Program-made: the position numbers and the translations under genes
Virus record (IMG/VR): IMGVR_UViG_3300000976_000011
Location: 1 to 64,000 of that record
Reading direction: 5' to 3' (one strand)
From: a virus
Length of the DNA: 64,000 nucleotides
Notes under the pieces: generated by a model
Told to the model about the DNA's origin: nothing
Database searches by the model: none
Seen by the model: the letters and a program-made list of their open reading frames with translations, nothing else
Shown: positions 8,549-18,356 of the stretch, piece after piece
How positions within the stretch are numbered: position 1 is the first letter of the stretch
How the letters are laid out: every line of letters begins with the position of its first letter

Positions 8549-8556
8549 TATTTATA
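8549..8556 (-). promoter_or_regulatory. T4-type late promoter
   Basis: TATAAATA; TATAAATAGATATATG is identical to 57897-57912. Confidence 0.85.
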
Positions 8557-8938
8557 AAGACTTAATTTTAATCTGATATAACTCACCATCTGATAGATCG
8601 ACAGTTACTATGCTATCTTTGGCATTTCTATATGTAATACAAATAATAGGTTCTTTACATCTGTAAGTTGTCCATGTAGCGCTAGGAACATAATCTCCCA
8701 TACCAATATATTTTATATAACCTTGAAATCCAAAATAAGTTATCGCATCACCTACTTTAAAGTGACCGAATTTTTCTTTATGCTTCTCTAATTTTTCTTT
8801 ATGACAGTCAAATTCTTCATTTTGTGCGTAAGCATCAATTAGTTTGCGTTCCCACTCTCTATCATAGTTTGCGTTCATCTTTAATGCTTCAGCATGCTGA
8901 TCACACATATTAATAACTTTAGTTTTTTTCCACCACAT
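8552..8938 (-). CDS. hypothetical protein
   Basis: Packed ORF; resembles 9302..9643. Confidence 0.7.
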   Translation of the reverse strand: MWWKKTKVINMCDQHAEALKMNANYDREWERKLIDAYAQNEEFDCHKEKLEKHKEKFGHFKVGDAITYFGFQGYIKYIGMGDYVPSATWTTYRCKEPIICITYRNAKDSIVTVDLSDGELYQIKIKSL

Positions 8939-9312
8939 TATATTACCTCCGATTTCTCTACAGTTTCAATAACATCATATTTAATTGTTACTTTCTTTTG
9001 AATATTGAGACTAAAGTAATCCCAATACTTTATTACAAACTCTGGGGTGATCCGTATATCGCAATGTTGTGATATTACATTATAAAACTCGTCAGGATTG
9101 GTCCAGGGTTGAACATTATCGTGATATTCATCATACATAAATTCACAATACTCAATAAAATTATCCATTTTATCTACAAAATACTGATCAGTAACAGTGC
9201 AATTTTTGTAAATTAACCAGAATTTAAATGGCATGCCTCCTACTCTAGAAGCTTCAAAGCATTCATTATCAGACTTTACTTCACTTGGATTAAAATTTAA
9301 TTTAATTTCCAT
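8938..9312 (-). CDS. hypothetical protein
   Basis: Packed ORF. Confidence 0.7.
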   Translation of the reverse strand: MEIKLNFNPSEVKSDNECFEASRVGGMPFKFWLIYKNCTVTDQYFVDKMDNFIEYCEFMYDEYHDNVQPWTNPDEFYNVISQHCDIRITPEFVIKYWDYFSLNIQKKVTIKYDVIETVEKSEVI

Positions 9313-9643
9313 TATATGCCTCTTGGATTACACACATAGATTCAATATAAAAAGTTTGATGAGTTATAGAACCATCAGTTTTCATCCAACATAATTCCAT
9401 TTCAGGTCTATGCATCTCATCAAAATAAGGATCTTTACAGTTTGATGCATCATAATTACCTCTTTCAATATTTAGAATATATGCCTTTTTATCAAATAAT
9501 ATTACTTCTTCAGATATTAAAAAATTAGCATATAGATCTTCAAATAGTTCAGTTTCTTCTTTAAATTGATCATAGATTCTATTAACATTTAATGCTAATT
9601 GATGATCTTTATTAAATAACTTTTTCTTAGAATTAAACATCAT
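9302..9643 (-). CDS. hypothetical protein
   Basis: Packed ORF, GGAG SD. Confidence 0.7.
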   Translation of the reverse strand: MMFNSKKKLFNKDHQLALNVNRIYDQFKEETELFEDLYANFLISEEVILFDKKAYILNIERGNYDASNCKDPYFDEMHRPEMELCWMKTDGSITHQTFYIESMCVIQEAYNGN

Positions 9644-9824
9644 CCATCATCTCCTGATACATTATTAATTTTTCTAAAAGTTCTACATTAGACCAAGAAC
9701 CTATTTCTTTTTCTACGTCTTGTTGAACCCAATATTCAGAATTATCTTCTGACATATCATAACCACCAACAAAACCTATATATAATCTTTCTCTAATAAA
9801 ATCTAAAAGTTCTTGAGTAATCAT
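9633..9824 (-). CDS. hypothetical protein
   Basis: Packed ORF. Confidence 0.6.
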   Translation of the reverse strand: MITQELLDFIRERLYIGFVGGYDMSEDNSEYWVQQDVEKEIGSWSNVELLEKLIMYQEMMDDV

Positions 9825-10054
9825 TTATAACAACCGCTTTTGGCATAAGCTATTTCTCTTTCTTGGCGGAAGTTATCAGCTTGCCAGCCAGCATCTGAAG
9901 CAATTTTAGCTTTTTCAGATTTTACCCTAGATAATTGATTTTCAAGACTTTGAATTTCTTGTTCAGCAGCCTTAATAATTTTCTGAGCTTGCTTCATAAA
10001 TGGAGCTTTATTTGGATAGATTCTATGAAATGCTTTAGTGTATTTGTCTGTCAT
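9821..10054 (-). CDS. hypothetical coiled-coil protein
   Basis: Packed ORF. Confidence 0.6.
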   Translation of the reverse strand: MTDKYTKAFHRIYPNKAPFMKQAQKIIKAAEQEIQSLENQLSRVKSEKAKIASDAGWQADNFRQEREIAYAKSGCYK

Positions 10055-10062
10055 AATAAATA

Positions 10063-10087
10063 GAGAGTCCTCTTAACGAAGACTCTC
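10063..10087 (-). terminator. hairpin / possible terminator after dsbA
   Basis: GAGAGTC/GACTCTC inverted repeat. Confidence 0.5.
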
Positions 10088-10096
10088 CCCTAATAA

Positions 10097-10381
10097 TTAA
10101 ACTGCGCCGAAAAGAGTCTCATAAAGAGCATGAAGTTCATCATTCTCTTCAAAGTATTCTTCAGCGTTTTGCTTGTCATTCATTTTAGCAATTGCATTAA
10201 TAGACTTAGGAGTCATTTCATAATCATCCTTTAACATCTGTTTAATTTCTTTAATATGAGCTTGTTGACCTCGAATCAGCATAAGAGCATCTGAAATCTC
10301 ATCGAAAGCATTTTTTACTTTATCGACGTTTTCGCCAGTAGGAATGTTTACGAATTGACCAATTTGTGGAGTTGTTGACAT
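10097..10381 (-). CDS. dsbA: T4 DsbA-like dsDNA-binding protein
   Basis: EISDALMLI..IKEIK..LKDDY.M.PK.IN.IAK..KQ..E..E...LYETLF pattern. Confidence 0.75.
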   Translation of the reverse strand: MSTTPQIGQFVNIPTGENVDKVKNAFDEISDALMLIRGQQAHIKEIKQMLKDDYEMTPKSINAIAKMNDKQNAEEYFEENDELHALYETLFGAV

Positions 10382-10408
10382 TATTTAATTTACCTTATGT
10401 TAAAAATT

Positions 10409-10431
10409 ATGGGAGGATATTTCACCTCCCA
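10409..10431 (-). terminator. hairpin / possible terminator
   Basis: TGGGAGG/CCTCCCA inverted repeat. Confidence 0.55.
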
Positions 10432-10441
10432 ATGTTAAAAA

Positions 10442-10615
10442 TTAGTTTTGTTGATATGCTATGTCACTTAAATCTAAGAATGTTCTTAATATCATTTTCA
10501 TAATATCACTATCCTCATAAACTTCGGACCAATCGCCATCATCTGCTATTAGCTCTATTATATCCATATTATCGTCATAAGTAAACGACATTTCACCTAA
10601 ATTTAATTCATTCAT
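10442..10615 (-). CDS. small acidic hypothetical protein (57 aa)
   Basis: TAATG overlap with nrdA. Confidence 0.5.
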   Translation of the reverse strand: MNELNLGEMSFTYDDNMDIIELIADDGDWSEVYEDSDIMKMILRTFLDLSDIAYQQN

Positions 10616-12357
10616 TATCCTTCACACGCCTTACATTCTTCGATTGTTGGAGCTCTTTTATTCGAGCCTGATTTTAATTTTGATTCTGATCTTACATAAT
10701 AAAGAGTCTTAACACCTAATTCATGAGCTAATAGGTGAACATCATTGAAATAACCTGCTTCAGTATCAGATGGAAAGAATAAGTTCAATGATTGACTTTG
10801 ATCGATCATAGGAGTTCTTTGAGCTGCTTGCTTAATAATAGCTGCTTGATTGATCTCAAACGCAGTCAAGAATACTTCTTTTTCATGAGCTGACAAATAT
10901 GTTAAGTGTTGAACTGAACCACCTGCTTCTATAATAGAATCCCATACTCCGTCAGTATTTCTACTCTTACTCTCTAAAAGATCTTCTAATGTGCGATTCT
11001 TTTCCATAAAGATTCCTTTAGAAGTTTTATCAGTATAGACGTTTCTAATTATCGGCTCGATACCAGCAGAAACACCACCACTAATTATAGAATTAGATCT
11101 AGTAGGAGCAACAGCAGTTAAGTGGCTATTAAATAGACCGCTACCTTCACACCATAATGGTTCACCCATTTTCTCGGCTAATTTTCTACTTGCTGCCTCT
11201 GCACCGCTCTTTATGTTATTAAAGATCTGTCCATTTAACATCATAGCATCGAAGCTATCGAAAGGAATCGATCTTTCTTGTAGAAGAGTATGCCATCCTA
11301 ATACTCCGATTCCGATTGCTCTACCCTTTTCAGCATGCCGTCTAACATTTTCTAAACCAGGAATATCTTTAGACTTATCAATAAATTCATTAAGTACGCC
11401 ATTTAAGAATAAAGTAGCTATTTCTAACAGATTAGAATTTTTCCATTCATCGAACTTAACTAAGTTGAGACTGGATAGGCAGCAGATAAACGAATTCAAT
11501 GCATCCGTATGCAAGGTGATCTCCGAGCATATGTTGGTCATAGATACATTTAATCCATGTTTCTGATAACCTAGAGGGTTAGCTTTGTTGACATGATCTT
11601 TATACATTATGTAAGGTTCGCCAGTCTCAAAACGAGAAACCATAACCTTAGTCCACTTCTCTCTTGCTACTTCGTCGCCTTCACGAACTTTCTTTATAAA
11701 CTCATCAGATATAGTAACACAATGATGAAGATTTAGACACTGTCTATTTACATCGCCTTCAGGTCTTCGCATTCTAATGAATTCATCAAAGTCGCCGTGA
11801 TCGATATCTAAATTAATAGAAGCGGCACCGCGCCTTGTCGAACCTTGACTAATTCCATTAATAGTTTTGTCATAAATGGGCGCGAACGCTAAAATTCCAT
11901 CCGATTTACCATTAGCTCCTCCTGCAATATCTCTACCAGCAGGTCTAATCTTGTTAAATCCTACGCCAACGCCGCCACCTGCTTTAGTTAAGTTAGCAAG
12001 CTCTAAATTCTTTTCAAGGATGGAATACACTGAATCATCAGGATCTATTCCGAAGCAAGAAATGGGCAAGCCTCTTTTAGTTCCACAATTAGAAAGAATA
12101 GGGCTAGCAGGACACAGCCAATTATTCCACATAGCATCAAAAAATTCTTGAGCTAGAGAATTATCACCTTGATAGTCGTATTCGGAACAATATGATGCTA
12201 CAGAGTTAGCAACTCGTTCATACATCATCTTAGGCGATTCACCTTTGAGTCTATATCCTCGTGAAATAGTAGAATAACCTTTATCGGTCATCCATTCAGG
12301 GGCATCGTGAGTTAGCTTAAGATCTGCTAGCTCCTGATTTAAAATTTTATCAGCCAT
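10615..12357 (-). CDS. nrdA: class I ribonucleotide reductase alpha subunit (no ATP cone)
   Basis: LPISCF, GGGVG, NICSEI, CCLSSLNL, AVAPT, KTLYY, C-terminal CKACEG. Confidence 0.97.
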   Translation of the reverse strand: MADKILNQELADLKLTHDAPEWMTDKGYSTISRGYRLKGESPKMMYERVANSVASYCSEYDYQGDNSLAQEFFDAMWNNWLCPASPILSNCGTKRGLPISCFGIDPDDSVYSILEKNLELANLTKAGGGVGVGFNKIRPAGRDIAGGANGKSDGILAFAPIYDKTINGISQGSTRRGAASINLDIDHGDFDEFIRMRRPEGDVNRQCLNLHHCVTISDEFIKKVREGDEVAREKWTKVMVSRFETGEPYIMYKDHVNKANPLGYQKHGLNVSMTNICSEITLHTDALNSFICCLSSLNLVKFDEWKNSNLLEIATLFLNGVLNEFIDKSKDIPGLENVRRHAEKGRAIGIGVLGWHTLLQERSIPFDSFDAMMLNGQIFNNIKSGAEAASRKLAEKMGEPLWCEGSGLFNSHLTAVAPTRSNSIISGGVSAGIEPIIRNVYTDKTSKGIFMEKNRTLEDLLESKSRNTDGVWDSIIEAGGSVQHLTYLSAHEKEVFLTAFEINQAAIIKQAAQRTPMIDQSQSLNLFFPSDTEAGYFNDVHLLAHELGVKTLYYVRSESKLKSGSNKRAPTIEECKACEG

Positions 12358-13319
12358 TAAGACTCTTCTCCAAATAAATCTGTTTCATGCCAATGTGACC
12401 GAGTATATTCCGTGACTTTTGCAGCAAAAAAGTCTACAAAAGTATTATCTAAATTATTAAACCAGGCCATTTCTTTAAGATGATCTTGGTTTATATTTCT
12501 CCAATTAATCGGTAATCCAAGTTCATTAAGTTTCAGGTTAGCCCTTTCTCTAATAAATGCTTTAATATATTCCGGCTTTAGTCCTCTTATTTCACCTAAT
12601 GAAAATGCATTATCGATAAAATTATCTTCCAATTCGATAGTCAATCTGAATGCTTCTAGAATATCATTTTTCATATCATCGTCTAGCAGAGACTCATCTT
12701 CTTCTACCATCTTATTGAATAACCAACAACCAGCTTCTGAATGTAAAGCTTCATCACGGTTACTCCAAGCAATAATATTTTCTAAACCCTTTAAAAGATT
12801 AAATCTTGACAAGTTCATCAAAATAGCAAAAGCCGAAAATAAAGAAACGCCTTCAGTACAAGCAGAAAATATAGCTAATGATTTGGCTTTATCTCTATTC
12901 GTTCGAGTAGCGGTATCTCTCAATCTATCAAGTTTAGCAACTGCCGTTTCATCTTCAAGAAATGCTTGATAATCATCTAAGCCTAAAGAGTCATTCAAAT
13001 AAGAATATGCGGCAATGTGTACCGATTCCATTGAAGCAAAAGCTGATGCCATCATCTGAATTTCAGGTTTAGGAAACCAAGCTGATACTTTTTGACTCCA
13101 ATAATCTTCTACATGAATTTCTGCTTGAATAAAGGATTTTAGTATTTGGCCAATAACAGCCTTTTCTCCTTCAGTTAAATCGTTATTCCAATCCTTGACA
13201 TCTCCTGCCATCGGAACTTCCATCGGCAACCAGTGAGCAGATTGCTGTTTCTCCCAGAAGTCATAAGCCTTAGGATATTCAAAGGGCTTATAATATTCCC
13301 GTACTCTTGTTATTTTCAA
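12357..13319 (-). CDS. nrdB: class I ribonucleotide reductase beta subunit
   Basis: YKPFEYP, ESVH..AY, TEGVSLF, RDEALH, DFF motifs; TTG start. Confidence 0.96.
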   Translation of the reverse strand: MKITRVREYYKPFEYPKAYDFWEKQQSAHWLPMEVPMAGDVKDWNNDLTEGEKAVIGQILKSFIQAEIHVEDYWSQKVSAWFPKPEIQMMASAFASMESVHIAAYSYLNDSLGLDDYQAFLEDETAVAKLDRLRDTATRTNRDKAKSLAIFSACTEGVSLFSAFAILMNLSRFNLLKGLENIIAWSNRDEALHSEAGCWLFNKMVEEDESLLDDDMKNDILEAFRLTIELEDNFIDNAFSLGEIRGLKPEYIKAFIRERANLKLNELGLPINWRNINQDHLKEMAWFNNLDNTFVDFFAAKVTEYTRSHWHETDLFGEES

Positions 13320-13394
13320 TATATTATCCTTATTTTAATGGTTACTATAGTTATCAGATTTTTATTTATTGTGTACTCTAATTACCATTTTAAG

Positions 13395-13955
13395 TTAGGT
13401 GTTGTTATTTGCTATTTCTAGCGCTTTTTCTTGTAAGACATCGATAGCTCTTTGTCTTTGATTAATTAATTCTGAAACGTAATTAGGATTATCTACTAAA
13501 GCAGTTAAAACTGTCTGAGTATCTAATGGTGTATTTAAAGTGTTTAATGCTAAAATGGTCTGATCTAAAGGACCGATGAATTCTTGAAATTGGGCTATTA
13601 CGTCAAGCTTTTCGCCTGTTATAGTATTTACTATATCATCAGCAAATCCTATTCTATTTAAATCAAAAGTTGTTGCTTCAGCTACTGTCGACGTGAATGC
13701 ATTTAAGCCTGTTGACATAGTTGCTATAACAGCACTAAATTGAGCCATAGCTTGAACAAAAGGAGTTCCACCTAATGGGCCGATAGCTATAGATAATGCG
13801 TTACTTGCATTAGATACTAAATCAGCGATATCTTTAACATCTTCTAATATAGCATTAACATTCTCAGTTTCAGCTATAACCGAATTTAATTTAGATTTAT
13901 ATTCATCTATTTGTTGAATTCTTACTCTTGGAAAATCTACTGGTAATTGAGTCAT
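13395..13955 (-). CDS. hypothetical helical protein
   Basis: 186-aa ORF, ATGA overlap. Confidence 0.7.
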   Translation of the reverse strand: MTQLPVDFPRVRIQQIDEYKSKLNSVIAETENVNAILEDVKDIADLVSNASNALSIAIGPLGGTPFVQAMAQFSAVIATMSTGLNAFTSTVAEATTFDLNRIGFADDIVNTITGEKLDVIAQFQEFIGPLDQTILALNTLNTPLDTQTVLTALVDNPNYVSELINQRQRAIDVLQEKALEIANNNT

Positions 13956-14290
13956 ACGTTTGTATATATTTTAAGTTGTTGTTTAGCTGCATTTTGTAGC
14001 ATATTAAATGATCCTTTTGATGATCCATCCCATACTAAAATTAGAGCATCAGCATGCTCTGACATTAAAGCATTTCTAATCTGGCCAGCTCTTTTACCAT
14101 ATTGTTCCCATTCAGCAGGAAAATATTTAATAGGAATATTCATCTCTTTAGCGTATGATTCACCGCACATATCAACACCTCTAGCAGTCCCGCACACTAC
14201 TTCTGTTATATCAAATCCTGATAACTTTATTTCCTCTTTTACTAAATCGTAGTCAGTTATTTCTCTACTACCTGCTATAATTACTCTCAC
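13952..14290 (-). CDS. SLOG/YspA-like (DUF2493) protein
   Basis: IIAGSR, VVCGTARGVD, PAEW..YGKRAG.IRN, WDG.SKGS. Confidence 0.9.
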   Translation of the reverse strand: MRVIIAGSREITDYDLVKEEIKLSGFDITEVVCGTARGVDMCGESYAKEMNIPIKYFPAEWEQYGKRAGQIRNALMSEHADALILVWDGSSKGSFNMLQNAAKQQLKIYTNV

Positions 14291-15288
14291 AATACCTTGC
14301 ACCACTTTTTAAATTTTAACTGAGCTTTTAAGCCCTGAAATGTATTTTTTCTTATTAATTCTTGGATATCATAATTACCAGACAATACCATTTCATTTAT
14401 GTCCTTCTCTTTCATGCCAATAGGCCAAATTACTACTCTGAATCCTGAGTCGATACCTTTCTTTATAATTCTACAAATATCTAAATTTCTAGGCTCATTA
14501 TCCCAAACTAAAACTAAATTTTCTTTAGGAACCATATTAGCTATCGTAGTTAATGCACTAGAATTAACTGATATTGAGTTGTCTACAAATAAAGAGTCAA
14601 ATGCTCCTTCAATTGCATAAACATCTTGTTCTAAATTTAAATTTGTTAAACCAAAAACTAAAGAGTCAAAATCTTTATCTAGTTTAGCGTTCATATATCT
14701 TAAAGAGTTATCTGGATTTAGGCTTCTGCCTATTAATCCAATTAAAGTATCTTTAGATTCACATTTTAAAACAATCCTAGGATCCGTTTTTGGTAAATAT
14801 TTTGAATCCTGATTATATTCTTCTACTACAAATTTGGCAAAGTTTTCCGAATAGTAGAATTTATCATAGTGGTGTTCTGGTATTTCGCGACTTTTAAGAT
14901 ATTTTAAACAAATATCAACGTCTGTAGCCTTTTGTAAATGTACTTTTTTATTTATAAATCTAGGTTTCTTAGTCTTTATAGATAATTCTGGTTCTTTTTG
15001 TTTTCTTTTAGGATAAAGATCTAATATATAGCTTTTGTAAATTACTGAATCTGTTTGTTTTAAAAACTTACTTACATGTACAGGTCCGTAATCACAATTA
15101 AAACATTTATATTTCAATATGTTCTTGTTTGTGCGATAAACATTACCACGAGCCGCCTTTTTATCTTTCTCAGAGTCGCCGCAAATAGGACATGAAAATC
15201 TTAAAGCAAAGTCACCTACCACTTGAAAATTTCTGTAAGAAGAACAAGATTGTTTTGTCCAGAAGAAATCGTTATAAATATCACTCAT
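14287..15288 (-). CDS. 61: DNA primase (gp61)
   Basis: CPICGDS..KARG zinc finger, CFNC, TOPRIM EGAFDS and DNEPRN, KDINEM. Confidence 0.95.
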   Translation of the reverse strand: MSDIYNDFFWTKQSCSSYRNFQVVGDFALRFSCPICGDSEKDKKAARGNVYRTNKNILKYKCFNCDYGPVHVSKFLKQTDSVIYKSYILDLYPKRKQKEPELSIKTKKPRFINKKVHLQKATDVDICLKYLKSREIPEHHYDKFYYSENFAKFVVEEYNQDSKYLPKTDPRIVLKCESKDTLIGLIGRSLNPDNSLRYMNAKLDKDFDSLVFGLTNLNLEQDVYAIEGAFDSLFVDNSISVNSSALTTIANMVPKENLVLVWDNEPRNLDICRIIKKGIDSGFRVVIWPIGMKEKDINEMVLSGNYDIQELIRKNTFQGLKAQLKFKKWCKVL

Positions 15289-15457
15289 AATCCTTTATCA
15301 AGCTTTCGCAGTAATTTAGTAATTTTTCATATGAAACTTCTTCTAAACTCTTATGAGTAATTTCCATCATTGACCGAGTTAAAGCTCTAGCTTCTACTTG
15401 GATAGTTAGTTGTTTTCTAATTTCTAGTAAATGGCGCAATGGTATTTGTTTAGTCAT
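15281..15457 (-). CDS. hypothetical protein
   Basis: Packed ORF, start trimmed. Confidence 0.5.
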   Translation of the reverse strand: MTKQIPLRHLLEIRKQLTIQVEARALTRSMMEITHKSLEEVSYEKLLNYCESLIKDYE

Positions 15458-15635
15458 GAAAGCCTGCCAAATATCCTTCTTGATCAAGATAAGCTTCATC
15501 TTGAGCTGCAATCCACCCTTCATTCCATAAAGAAAATTCTTTAGAATCTATAAAATATGGATTCGAATTTATAGATAATCCTCTCTCGTAAGATTCATAT
15601 CCTGTTGTATAAGTCATCTCATCATATTTGTTCAT
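15450..15635 (-). CDS. ribosome modulation factor-like small protein
   Basis: GY.SY.RG...NSNPY....WNEGW pattern resembling RMF. Confidence 0.5.
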   Translation of the reverse strand: MNKYDEMTYTTGYESYERGLSINSNPYFIDSKEFSLWNEGWIAAQDEAYLDQEGYLAGFHD

Positions 15636-15667
15636 TTTCTTCTCCTATTATTCATATAAATATTTCC

Positions 15668-16054
15668 ATGATGCAAACATTACCTATTGATTCAAAATCT
15701 TATCCACTTTATGTCGTGAAAAATTATACTAACGACAAGCTTCTAGACGTGACAGAATTCAATAAGGATGCTAAATTATTTAAAAATGTTAAAAGTAATA
15801 TCAATAGATATTATAATAACAATAATATAGATTTAAAATTGATAATTAATCAAATTGTTACATTACAAAATCAATTTAAGCCGATTGCTGTGTCTAGAAT
15901 TTTATTCTATCTTATTAAAAAAGAACAACATTCTATATTAATTTCTATTTTAAGTTTTTTAAATTTATTTGATAGAAATAGAATACCTGAATGCTTACCT
16001 TCATTTAAGCCTGATATTACAGTTTATAATAAACTTAAAGAAATTTATTCTTGA
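15668..16054 (+). CDS. conserved T4-like late hypothetical protein
   Basis: TATAAATA at 15655 five nt before ATG; Y..KNY..EF..D..LI.NQI..L.N.F..ILF pattern. Confidence 0.75.
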   Translation: MMQTLPIDSKSYPLYVVKNYTNDKLLDVTEFNKDAKLFKNVKSNINRYYNNNNIDLKLIINQIVTLQNQFKPIAVSRILFYLIKKEQHSILISILSFLNLFDRNRIPECLPSFKPDITVYNKLKEIYS

Positions 16055-16263
16055 TTCTTTAGTTTCTTTTTAACTATCATATATCCATCAAGATTTAAAG
16101 TTTTATAATCTATTTGTTTAAAGTTATTACCATAATTACATATTACTTTATTAAAGACTGGATGCATATACATTATATATGATGATTTAGTATTAGAAAC
16201 TATTATATATTCTACATCTAAATCATTCATACATAATCTTATTAATTCATGAGTACTGTTCAT
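16045..16263 (-). CDS. hypothetical protein
   Basis: Packed ORF. Confidence 0.5.
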   Translation of the reverse strand: MNSTHELIRLCMNDLDVEYIIVSNTKSSYIMYMHPVFNKVICNYGNNFKQIDYKTLNLDGYMIVKKKLKNQE

Positions 16264-16771
16264 ATATTTCCTTTTCTATTTCTTTAGTTATCCAAGGCAT
16301 ATCAACTCTGTCGTATGAGTCAAATTGGTTTGTTGAAATTTTCTTTATTAATTCTGTTGATGACATAAATCTTTCATTTTCTTTATAAATCATACAATGA
16401 ATATTAGCTTGATCCATTTGACGCTTATAATCAGAAAGTCTATCATTTCCAGCATTTATACAAAATAAATTACCATCAGAAAGCTGAGAAACTATAGATG
16501 GTAAATAACCTTGCGTATGATTATATATTTTATAATTTGATTCAGGTATTTTAAAATATTGAATAGCTTTAAGAATTATTTTTTCTCTAAGTTGTAAATT
16601 TTTATTTCCGACCAATACAATATGATTCATAGAATTAGGATTTAACATTTTAGCGTGCCCAAAATGAAAAATATTGAATTTGCCGACAATTACATCTTCT
16701 ACATATGAATTATTAGGTAGTGTTAAATTGCTTAGAGATTCTTCTTTATTTAAAAATTTTAAATTTATCAT
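16247..16771 (-). CDS. HIGH-superfamily cytidylyltransferase-like protein
   Basis: GKFNIFHFGH (HxGH), AGNDR, MSSTE. Confidence 0.7.
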   Translation of the reverse strand: MINLKFLNKEESLSNLTLPNNSYVEDVIVGKFNIFHFGHAKMLNPNSMNHIVLVGNKNLQLREKIILKAIQYFKIPESNYKIYNHTQGYLPSIVSQLSDGNLFCINAGNDRLSDYKRQMDQANIHCMIYKENERFMSSTELIKKISTNQFDSYDRVDMPWITKEIEKEIYEQYS

Positions 16772-16798
16772 AACGTATTATATCATACTCCTAATGAA

Positions 16799-17551
16799 TT
16801 AGATATTAATAAAAGTTTGCATACTAAAGTTATCTCCAGATTTATTTGAATTTTTATAAAAACTTATATGACCAGTGGTTTCATTATCTATAGAAAAATC
16901 TACTTTATTACTAACTCTATTAACTTGGAATAAAATTTGGTCGAAACCTATTAAGGGCCGTTTAAGTATATATTCCTCTCTATGATAATCACCTTTACCG
17001 ATTACCTCTATGTATGGATATTCTGGTACATGAAATACAGAATTAAAAATTTCTTGAGGATCCTTTTTCTTTATAATCATATCCCATAAATCTAAGCAAG
17101 CTTCTCTGGTTGATGGATTAGTATATCCAAAAGCACCAAAAACTGATCTTTTGTGACCTATTAAACTTTGATTTGTGTAATTTTTTAATGAAACACCAAG
17201 ATAATTATCGTTAGGAGCAATAAGAACCAAATCGCTAGGATTTTTATTAGAATAATAGCTATCTATAATAGGATCGTCAAACGCTTTAGGTATTCCGGTC
17301 CACAATATATTTTCTATTTTAAACCAGTTTAATTGCTCTCTACAATGATTAAATATCATTTCTGCCATCTTATATGCTCTATTAGTTTCACACTCCATTT
17401 CTATAGGAGACATGGTGGCTAAAATTTCAGCATAATTTTCTGGAATAATATTATTAATAGGCTTACAATTACTAAACTTAATAAGATAATCTATAATTTT
17501 TACCTCGTTAAATGTGCCTCGATAAGCACTAGTATTTTTAGTAAATTTCAT
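16799..17551 (-). CDS. PD-(D/E)xK nuclease-like protein
   Basis: N-terminal NE helix; NPSDLVL....YLGVSLK. Confidence 0.6.
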   Translation of the reverse strand: MKFTKNTSAYRGTFNEVKIIDYLIKFSNCKPINNIIPENYAEILATMSPIEMECETNRAYKMAEMIFNHCREQLNWFKIENILWTGIPKAFDDPIIDSYYSNKNPSDLVLIAPNDNYLGVSLKNYTNQSLIGHKRSVFGAFGYTNPSTREACLDLWDMIIKKKDPQEIFNSVFHVPEYPYIEVIGKGDYHREEYILKRPLIGFDQILFQVNRVSNKVDFSIDNETTGHISFYKNSNKSGDNFSMQTFINI

Positions 17552-18356
17552 TTGATATATCCATAACTCTTTTATTATTATTTTCTAGCAAGTTAACTAA
17601 TTTTTTATCTTTACTCAAAAGATTTATTAGCTCTATTTTTTGTTTATCAGACCAAGTCTTTTTTATTCTGTTTATTAAATCTTCAACAGTATTTAATTCA
17701 GGAAATCCAATATAGACTTTAAAAGCATCCCAATCTGTAGTTAAAATTTTAGACTCTTTGTTCTTAGGTGCATCGTCATACATACATAATCCTCTATATG
17801 GTATGAATCTTCCCGTCCAACCTTCATCATTTTTAACGACTATCTTACATATTGAATTTAATATCATATTTCTAGCCCAAGATGGCCATTCAGTCATCAT
17901 ATATGGTACATTAAAATATGCTTTTTCGGAAAACGGCACACTCTCAACTTTGAAAATGTCTACCTTTCTAGGTATTCCTAATATGTCTTTAATTACAAAA
18001 GTCCATGTAGATAAACCTTTATAAAAAATCGCAGGATATGGTAGATTTTCTAAAATGCGGCCAATATGATTATTTGATAAAGACGTAATTAAATCTAAAT
18101 CTTTATGATAATTACCAGGCTCTTTTTTCTTCCAAGAACCTACGGTTTTAAAATGATCACGGAATTTAACTCCAGTGATTTTAGTTAAAATTTCATATAT
18201 AGAATGCTCAATAACATCTAAGTTATCATGTTCTCTATTGTTGATTGCGTAATAATGAATTCCGTCATCTTTTAAAGATTTTGATAATTCATCAACTAAA
18301 ATCAATTTGGCTGGCTTTTTTGTTTTCAAGTCTACCTTTTGGTTTTTCTTTGTCAT
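17538..18356 (-). CDS. Pol-beta-like nucleotidyltransferase
   Basis: VGSW......KDLDLI and VDIF (GS/DxD/D triad). Confidence 0.65.
   Translation of the reverse strand: MTKKNQKVDLKTKKPAKLILVDELSKSLKDDGIHYYAINNREHDNLDVIEHSIYEILTKITGVKFRDHFKTVGSWKKKEPGNYHKDLDLITSLSNNHIGRILENLPYPAIFYKGLSTWTFVIKDILGIPRKVDIFKVESVPFSEKAYFNVPYMMTEWPSWARNMILNSICKIVVKNDEGWTGRFIPYRGLCMYDDAPKNKESKILTTDWDAFKVYIGFPELNTVEDLINRIKKTWSDKQKIELINLLSKDKKLVNLLENNNKRVMDISNEIY

Noticed and set aside
11213-14620. Plus-strand ORFs opposite nrdA, nrdB, the SLOG gene and primase (and similar shadows at 17758, 19092, 25787, 27014, 32684, 45025, 51054, 53042)
   Set aside because: Antisense shadows of well-supported genes, with no SD or motifs.
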